From positions 1,568,001 through 1,632,000 of the forward strand of contig CBDFJF010000002.1 in assembly GCA_965248265.1 (NCBI GenBank): a DNA stretch of 64,000 bases, written 5' to 3'. This DNA is from Candidatus Latescibacterota bacterium. Its GTDB lineage: Bacteria; Latescibacterota; UBA2968; UBA8231. This document shows positions 57,777 to 64,000 of the stretch, piece after piece (position 1 is the first letter of the stretch; every line of letters begins with the position of its first letter). The notes under the pieces were generated by a model. The model saw only the letters and a program-made list of their open reading frames with translations, did no database searches and was not told where the DNA came from. The position numbers and the translations under genes are program-made.

Positions 57777-59035
57777 GCTGAATCCGTGCGACGAGGACTC
57801 AGAGACGACAGGGCCCCGAGCCGCCTCAATGAGGGGAAGAGGCCGGTCCAGGCGGCAACTACCACCAGGGTGCCGATGCCGCCGCTGATCACTGAGATGA
57901 CCGGTGTGAAGAAGTGGGCGACGGTTCCGGATTCGGCGCCGCCGAGCTCGTTGGACGAACTGACGAAGATGGCGTTGACGGCGGAGACGCGGCCGCGCAT
58001 TTCGTTGGGCGTGCTCATCTGCAATACGACATGACGAATCACCATGCTTACGTTGTCGAGGGCGCCTGTGAGAGCCAGCATGGTCATGGCCAGCCACAGG
58101 TTGTCGGTCAGACCAAAGCCTATCGTGGCCACGCCGAAGCCGGCGACAGAAACGAGTAGCATCCTTCCCGCTCGTTTCATCGGGGGCAGGTAAGCCAGCA
58201 GCAGGGCCGCGGTGAAGGCCCCAACAGCGGGTGCGGCGCGCAGCCATCCCAGGGCTGCCTCCGCGCTGATGTCGACACTGCGCAGGTCGATGATATCCCG
58301 GGCGAAAATGGGCAACAGGTAGACGGCGCCACCCAGCAGGACGGCGAACATGTCGAGGCTGGTGGCGCCCAGGACGAGTTTTGTACGCCAGACGAATTGC
58401 AGCCCTTCCACCACCTGACCCGTCATGTTGCCCCGCGGGCTGCGAGGGGCGTCCGGTAGAGCCATGAAGAACAAGAAGAGAATGAACACGGCCGAGGACA
58501 GCGCACTCAACAGGTAGGCTGCCGGGATGCTGAAGGCGATGATGAGCCCGCCCAGCGCGGGGCCGGCTATTCCGCTAATCTGTTGAAAGATGGTACGCCA
58601 CTTGATCGCATTCTCGAAAATCGGGGTTGGAACAAGCAAAGGCATGATGGCGCTTCGGGCCGGCCAGCCCAGGCGCAGGAACAGTGAATCGAGAAAGAGG
58701 ATCGTGTACATCCAGAAGATCGGGGCCTGGTACCAACTGCACACGGCGAGCGCGATGGACGTGAGTGTGGCGCCTGCGAGACTCAGCATCATCAACTTGC
58801 GGCGGTCGAAAACGTCGGCCAGGTAACCGGCGGGCAGGGTGAACAAGAGCATGGGTATCGCCTGGACAAGACCGACCATGCCCAATGCGAAGGCCTCATC
58901 GGTGCGTTCGTAAATCTCCCAACCGATGGCCAGACCCTGGCCGGCAGTACCTATGTTGACGAGGTAGGAGGTGATCAGGTAACGCCGAAAGAGCGGAACT
59001 CGCAGGGCGCTGTAGGGATCGTGGCCCTCGGTCAC
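57773..59035 (-). CDS. MFS transporter (DHA3/EntS-like)
   Basis: About 12 TM helices; GYLADVFDRRKL, LDMFAVLLGG, RGRVSAVN...SSNELG. Confidence 0.9.
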   Translation of the reverse strand: MTEGHDPYSALRVPLFRRYLITSYLVNIGTAGQGLAIGWEIYERTDEAFALGMVGLVQAIPMLLFTLPAGYLADVFDRRKLMMLSLAGATLTSIALAVCSWYQAPIFWMYTILFLDSLFLRLGWPARSAIMPLLVPTPIFENAIKWRTIFQQISGIAGPALGGLIIAFSIPAAYLLSALSSAVFILFLFFMALPDAPRSPRGNMTGQVVEGLQFVWRTKLVLGATSLDMFAVLLGGAVYLLPIFARDIIDLRSVDISAEAALGWLRAAPAVGAFTAALLLAYLPPMKRAGRMLLVSVAGFGVATIGFGLTDNLWLAMTMLALTGALDNVSMVIRHVVLQMSTPNEMRGRVSAVNAIFVSSSNELGGAESGTVAHFFTPVISVISGGIGTLVVVAAWTGLFPSLRRLGALSSLSPRRTDSA

Positions 59036-59054
59036 AGGCGAGGTGCTGTGACGG

Positions 59055-60170
59055 TCAATGAATTACCCAGAAGGCAGCTGCCGCCAGCGTTGCCGCCACC
59101 GGCAGCGTGACTACCCAGGACAGAATGATTCCGGAGATGACGCCTTTGTTTCCCGTCCTGGTGACCGTGCCGATTCCGAAGAGCGATCCAACCGAGACAT
59201 GTGTCGTCGACACGGCCAAGCCCAGGTGGCTGGCGAAGATGACGAGAATCCCTGTTACCAGGTTCGCGGTGAACCCCTGGCCGTGGTTCAGTGTGGTGAT
59301 TTCCTTGCTCATTTTGTGAGCCACTCTTCTGGCGCTCAGCAGCCCACCCAGAGCCATGGCGATGGCCACCGACCCCATGCTCACCTCGATAGCCATAGCC
59401 TCAACCGCGATCAACATGGCCACAATCTTCGGGGTGTCATTCAAGCCCCTGGCGAAGCTGACTACGCCGGCGCTGAGGTAGTGCAGTAGGTCAAGAAGCT
59501 TCTGTGCGTTGACTGCCAGGAACTGGCCGCTGTACCGGACGGAGCAATTCGGCTCCAGGTCCATCGAAACATCGGGAGCCGTCATGCAACGGAGGGACAT
59601 GGTGGCCGCGGGTTGAGGAATGGCGACTATCCGCTCGGTTTGACCGACACAAAAACACATCTCCTTGGTTACGCCGAAACGGATTCTGACGCATCTGAGG
59701 ATCATGTAGAAGATCGAAGCGAGGACAACGGCGATGAGTGGGCTCAGCAGAAGGGGCAGGAAGAATTTATTGCCGAGGATCAGCAGATTCACCTGGGCGC
59801 CCACGGCCATCAAACCACTGCCAACCAGGGCACCGATTAGACTGTGTGTGGTTGAAACGGGAAATCCGGTCAAGGTAGCCAGAATGACCGCCAGCGCTGC
59901 TCCGATGACGACGGCGAGGAGGAAGTCAGGTTGGCCGGCAACCACATTCGGAACCAGACCCTTGCCGGAGAAATTGTGGATCAGTGTTTGTGCCAAGAAG
60001 ACGGAGCAGACGGAACCGGCGGCCGTTGTCAGCGTTGCCCACCACAATGCCCGCCTGTAATCAGTGGTGTCGCTGCCGAACAGGGTTGCGACCCCTTTGA
60101 AGTTGTCGTTCGACCCATTGGCATAGGCCAGAAAACAGGTCGCAACGAAAAGCGCGGCAGCGAGGATCAT
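59055..60170 (-). CDS. Inorganic phosphate transporter (PiT family)
   Basis: NGSNDN, PVSTTHSL, GLNDTPK, VSTTHVSVG. Confidence 0.9.
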   Translation of the reverse strand: MILAAALFVATCFLAYANGSNDNFKGVATLFGSDTTDYRRALWWATLTTAAGSVCSVFLAQTLIHNFSGKGLVPNVVAGQPDFLLAVVIGAALAVILATLTGFPVSTTHSLIGALVGSGLMAVGAQVNLLILGNKFFLPLLLSPLIAVVLASIFYMILRCVRIRFGVTKEMCFCVGQTERIVAIPQPAATMSLRCMTAPDVSMDLEPNCSVRYSGQFLAVNAQKLLDLLHYLSAGVVSFARGLNDTPKIVAMLIAVEAMAIEVSMGSVAIAMALGGLLSARRVAHKMSKEITTLNHGQGFTANLVTGILVIFASHLGLAVSTTHVSVGSLFGIGTVTRTGNKGVISGIILSWVVTLPVAATLAAAAFWVIH

Positions 60171-60212
60171 GCAGAGGAAGTTTAACCCACAGCGAACATG
60201 AGTCCAAACGAC

Positions 60213-60253
60213 AAAAGGTCCGGCAACACCGCCTGAGCGGGATCGCCGGACCT
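60213..60253 (-). terminator. Probable intrinsic terminator after the Spy/CpxP-like gene
   Basis: Inverted repeat AGGTCCGGC...GCCGGACCT followed by TTTT on the minus strand. Confidence 0.5.
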
Positions 60254-60283
60254 GGGCACATCGTCAAAGTGGGGACGAGAACG

Positions 60284-60895
60284 TTACCTGAATCCTCGCT
60301 TGACCTGCCCCCAGCTCTGATCTTCCACTGCGGTGGCCGTGGAAATGGTCAGGGCGGCGGCGTCGACGTCCCCACCACTATCGGCTTCGTCTGCATCCCC
60401 CCGTCTGCCGTGTGCAGGACGTGATGCTCTGATCTCTTCGAGCAATGCCAGCTGTTCCTCGCTGAGAATTCCCTCGAAGGCCGTGCGGCGATCGTCACGC
60501 AAGGCAATCTTGTCCGCCTTCATGGCCTCCCGCACTTGAGCCAGTGCTTCTTGTTGCTCGTCGGTGAGACCCAGCGCCTCTACCAGCGAGCCACGGGCGT
60601 GTCGCCGGGATCCGCTCTCGCGGATCTCTTCCAACGTCGCCACCTGCTCTTCGGTGAGGACCTCGCGGAAGGCTGCCCGATGGCTCTCCCGCAGCGCCTG
60701 ATTGGCCTCTCCGAAGGCCTCTCTTAGGCCCGCGAGCTCGGCCTGCTGGTCCTCCGTGAGTGCCAGGGCCAGTGACACACGTGCGCCTCCGTGCCCTCTA
60801 ATGCCGCGGCCATGGGCTGACAGACTGATCGCGGAAGCCGCAACCAAGCCCAGCATGACGATCGGGATTACACCCGGGATCACACGCCTATTCAT
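60284..60895 (-). CDS. Spy/CpxP-like (LTXXQ motif) secreted protein with C-terminal SWGxxK motif
   Basis: Signal peptide; four L(T/S)xxQ motifs (LTEDQ, LTEEQ, LTDEQ, LSEEQ); C-terminus TAVEDQSWGQVKRGFR. Confidence 0.8.
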   Translation of the reverse strand: MNRRVIPGVIPIVMLGLVAASAISLSAHGRGIRGHGGARVSLALALTEDQQAELAGLREAFGEANQALRESHRAAFREVLTEEQVATLEEIRESGSRRHARGSLVEALGLTDEQQEALAQVREAMKADKIALRDDRRTAFEGILSEEQLALLEEIRASRPAHGRRGDADEADSGGDVDAAALTISTATAVEDQSWGQVKRGFR

Positions 60896-61039
60896 CGTTC
60901 ATTCCTCCACTTTAAGTGCCGGTCGAAACTGTTCATCTCCACCTCCCAAATGGGCTGCGGAGCGTTTCCTGCCCCGCGGTGTTGGAGATTAGACAGTGAG
61001 ACATGGAGGGACGTTTAATGGAGTCGAAAAAAAGGCCGG

Positions 61040-61774
61040 TCAATCCAAGCGCAGCGTTCCGGACCATATCTCGCTGGTGCCAGCCTCATCGTCGAGGAGT
61101 AGCTGGCCATTGTCACCGAAGCCCGTGAGGATGCCGCTGCGGTCGCGGTTACCGTCGATGATCCTGACCTGACGACCCAATCCCACACAGCACTTCTCCC
61201 AGCTTGCCCGCATCCCCGCGAAACCGTGAGTCATCCACTCGTCGAGTCTGGGTGAGAGCGGCGACAGCAAAGTGGTCAGTACCTCTTCCGGCAACGGTGT
61301 TCGGCGGGTTTCGATGAAAAGCGAGGTCGCTGGTTGGTCGATCTGCGCCCCTGCCTCAGTTGTGGACATACCGATGTTCAAGCCGATGCCGACGACGATG
61401 GTCCGTGGACTGCCCTTCACCAACTCGGGAAGGATTCCTGCAATCTTACGACCGCTGACGACGACATCGTTGGGCCACTTGGTCTGTGCTTCAACTCCGA
61501 AACCATCCAGGCAGGCTACCACGCCAAGAGCTGCGGCCATCGACAGCGAACAGAGTTGCGCCGGATCTACCGGTGCGCGTAAGACGAACGACGTGCACAG
61601 GTCACGGCCGGGCTGAGAGGTCCATCGATGCTGACCGCGTCCGCGTCCGGCTGTCTGATCCGTCGTCGCCAGAACGTAACCGGAGGGCAGCTGTTCGCCG
61701 GCTGTCAAACGATCTATTAGGACCGAGTTCGTCGACGTGACGCTGTCGACCCATTGAGGAGGGGCGAATTCCAT
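61040..61774 (-). CDS. birA: Biotin--[acetyl-CoA-carboxylase] ligase (no HTH domain)
   Basis: STN, QTAGRGR, KWPND, KIAGIL, GIGLN. Confidence 0.93.
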   Translation of the reverse strand: MEFAPPQWVDSVTSTNSVLIDRLTAGEQLPSGYVLATTDQTAGRGRGQHRWTSQPGRDLCTSFVLRAPVDPAQLCSLSMAAALGVVACLDGFGVEAQTKWPNDVVVSGRKIAGILPELVKGSPRTIVVGIGLNIGMSTTEAGAQIDQPATSLFIETRRTPLPEEVLTTLLSPLSPRLDEWMTHGFAGMRASWEKCCVGLGRQVRIIDGNRDRSGILTGFGDNGQLLLDDEAGTSEIWSGTLRLD

Positions 61775-61787
61775 GGTTGCGCGGACG

Positions 61788-62459
61788 TTACCAGTCAGGA
61801 TCGAAGTACTTGTCGAAGAACTCGATGCAGGCATCAGATATGGCCGCCATCGCCGCGATATTCCGTGTAGTCCTCGTAGCCCTGCTCCAACTCAGCCATG
61901 ACCCACTCAGCATCGCTATCGGCCAACCAGCAGATGGTATCGATGGTATGAGTGCCGTTGCGGAACAGCATGGCTCGCGCTCCGCTGAAGCCGCCGGTAA
62001 TCGTAAGTACTTCGCCGATTTCCCCGGGCTCAATCACCTTTTCGGCTGCGTGGCGCCAGACGGGCATCCATCGCCTGGTGTGGTCGATGGAGAGGATGGC
62101 GCCGCCCTTATCAACGGCTTGGAGCATGCGATCGGCGTCGGCCAGGCTGGTGGCCAGCGGCTTTTCGCAGAAAATCCCTTTGGCGCCGGCTTCAGCCGCA
62201 GCCACCACTGAGTCAGCGTGCTGGTGATCGCCCGTGGCCACGGTGACGATATCCGGCTGCTCCACGGAGAGCATTTCGCGGTAATCCGTGTAGGTCCTCA
62301 CCTTCGGGAAGTTGCTATTGAATTGATCGGCGAATTCTGTCCCAGCTCTTCAGACAGATCGCAGCCGGCGACCAATTCGGCGGCATCGCCTGCTTCGACA
62401 ACACCCTGGGCATGACGAACGCCGATACCGCGACATCCTATGACTGCAACACGAAGCAT
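61788..62459 (-). pseudogene. Gfo/Idh/MocA oxidoreductase, frameshifted and truncated
   Basis: MLRVAVIGCRGIG start, 1-nt frameshift near 62340, then YTDYREML...FCEKPLA...NGTHTID. It breaks after RGDGG into an unrelated tail (SDACIEFFDKYFDPDW). Confidence 0.8.
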
Positions 62460-62568
62460 GATCTGAAGCCTCCATATTCCTGCTTTGACGATTCGCTCAC
62501 GACTATTCTGCGGGTAAACTACGAAAATGCCTACATTGGCAACCACCCATACTCTACTGGAGTAAGTA

Positions 62569-64000
62569 ATGAAGTTGAAAAAATCGTTTTTCTGGTTGGC
62601 GGCCATCTCGCTGATCGCCTGCGCGGGCAGTATGAAGACGACGAAGGACACCTCGACGTTGGAAGCCTCGTCCCTCGACGAACTGCTGCCAGTTGATTCG
62701 CTGGTAGTCACTGGGCAGCTGGACAATGGCTTTCGCTACCTCATTCGAGCCAACGAAAAACCGGAGAACCGGGCTGAGCTGCGCCTGGTTGTCAACTTCG
62801 GCTCAGTACTGGAGACCGAACAGGAGCAGGGGTTGGCCCATTTCGTCGAGCACATGGCTTTCAACGGTACCGAACACTTTGCCAAACAGGAACTGATCGA
62901 CTACCTCGAGGCCATCGGCATGCGCTTCGGTGCCGACCTGAATGCCTACACCGGTTTCGACGAGACCGTGTACATGTTGACCGTGCCGACGGACAGCACC
63001 CAGTTCATGGAGCAGGGCTTCCAGATCCTCGAGGACTGGGCCCATGGTGTGAGTTTCGATGCCGAGGAGATCGACCAGGAACGCGGTGTCGTCATCGAGG
63101 AATGGCGCCAGCGCAAGGGGGCCAATCAACGCATGTGGGAAAAGCAAGCGCCGATTCTTTTCAAGGACTCGCGCTACGCCGAGCGCATGCCGATCGGTAA
63201 AAAGGCCGTTCTTGATAGCTTCAACCATGACACCTTGCGCGGGCTGTACCAGAAATCGTACCGACCAGAGTTGATGGGTTTCGTCGCCGTCGGCGATTTT
63301 GACCCAGCATGGATCGAGAAGCTGGTTATCGAGCACTTTTCAAGCCTGGTGCCGACGGCCGATGCGCCGGAGCGGACCATCTATCCGGTCCCCGACCACG
63401 AGGAAACCCTGTTTGCTATCGCTACCGATCCCGAAGCAACCGGGAGCGCTGTCAATGTCATCTACAAGCTTCCCGTGCAGAACCAGGGTACTGTCGGAAC
63501 CTACCGACGATCGCTGATCGAAAGCATCTATCACAGCATGTTCAACAAAAGGCTCAACGAACTGCTGCAACAGGCTGAGCCACCGTTCCTCTACGGCTAC
63601 TCCAGTCAGGGCCAGTTCGTGCGCGCGAAGGGGTTCTTCATTCTCGGAGCAGGTGTTGCAGACAATGGGTTCGACAAAGGATTGGAGGCCCTGCTGACCG
63701 AGGCCTCGCGGGTGCGCCAGTTCGGTTTCACGCGAACGGAGCTGCGGCGGGAGAAGGTGGAGATGCTGCGCGGCATGGAGCAGGCTTATCGAGAGCGTGA
63801 CAAGAGCCGGTCCGGCGGGTTTGCCTCTGAATATGTACGGCACCTGCTCAAGGGGGAGCCGATCCCGGGTATACGGAAGGAGTTCGAACTCCATCAGCAC
63901 CTGTTGCCAGGTATCGAGCTGGAGGAGGTGAACAAGCTGGCCAGTGCCTGGGTTGGGGAGGAAAACCGCGTCATCATGGTCGATGCGCCGGAGAAGCCGG
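62569..64000 (+). CDS. M16 family zinc protease (PqqL/pitrilysin-like) lipoprotein, partial at window edge
   Basis: Read manually because it is absent from the ORF track: MKLKKSFFWLAAISLIAC (lipobox)...LDNGFRY...GLAHFVEHMAFNGT (HxxEH)...NAYTGFDETVY...ERGVVIEEWR. Confidence 0.92.
   Translation, partial: MKLKKSFFWLAAISLIACAGSMKTTKDTSTLEASSLDELLPVDSLVVTGQLDNGFRYLIRANEKPENRAELRLVVNFGSVLETEQEQGLAHFVEHMAFNGTEHFAKQELIDYLEAIGMRFGADLNAYTGFDETVYMLTVPTDSTQFMEQGFQILEDWAHGVSFDAEEIDQERGVVIEEWRQRKGANQRMWEKQAPILFKDSRYAERMPIGKKAVLDSFNHDTLRGLYQKSYRPELMGFVAVGDFDPAWIEKLVIEHFSSLVPTADAPERTIYPVPDHEETLFAIATDPEATGSAVNVIYKLPVQNQGTVGTYRRSLIESIYHSMFNKRLNELLQQAEPPFLYGYSSQGQFVRAKGFFILGAGVADNGFDKGLEALLTEASRVRQFGFTRTELRREKVEMLRGMEQAYRERDKSRSGGFASEYVRHLLKGEPIPGIRKEFELHQHLLPGIELEEVNKLASAWVGEENRVIMVDAPEKP

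Overview
A GC-rich bacterial chromosomal segment with about 55 intact CDSs. I found no rRNA, tRNA, CRISPR array or transposase. A few housekeeping genes (uup, topA, dinB, birA, a DsbB/DsbA pair, an M16 protease running off the right end) are scattered among expanded catabolic families: eight intact phytanoyl-CoA dioxygenase (PhyH)-like Fe/2OG enzymes plus one remnant, three BNR/sialidase-like proteins, three GH32/43-like propeller proteins, two UxuA-like dehydratases, two DHDPS-family aldolases, two SDRs and two sugar-isomerase TIM barrels. This content, plus a C-terminal SWGxxK motif and a DUF6784-like remnant, resembles Latescibacterota/Poribacteria-type genomes (inference only). Main observations: (1) two ORFs at 18531-19232 are one DUF3179-like lipoprotein read through an in-frame TGA that is followed by a SECIS-like hairpin, so a probable exported selenoprotein with U-P-L-V in place of C-P-L-C; (2) the neighbouring PhyH has H-x-G instead of H-x-D, the Fe/2OG halogenase-type substitution; (3) an overlapping basic protein + DUF6036-like nucleotidyltransferase pair that looks like a toxin-antitoxin module; (4) a membrane-anchored PilZ-like protein; (5) a sigma54-type promoter upstream of an orphan histidine kinase; (6) many gene stubs, internal deletions and single-base frameshifts with no mobile element nearby. 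All family assignments come from motif recognition by eye, not database searches.
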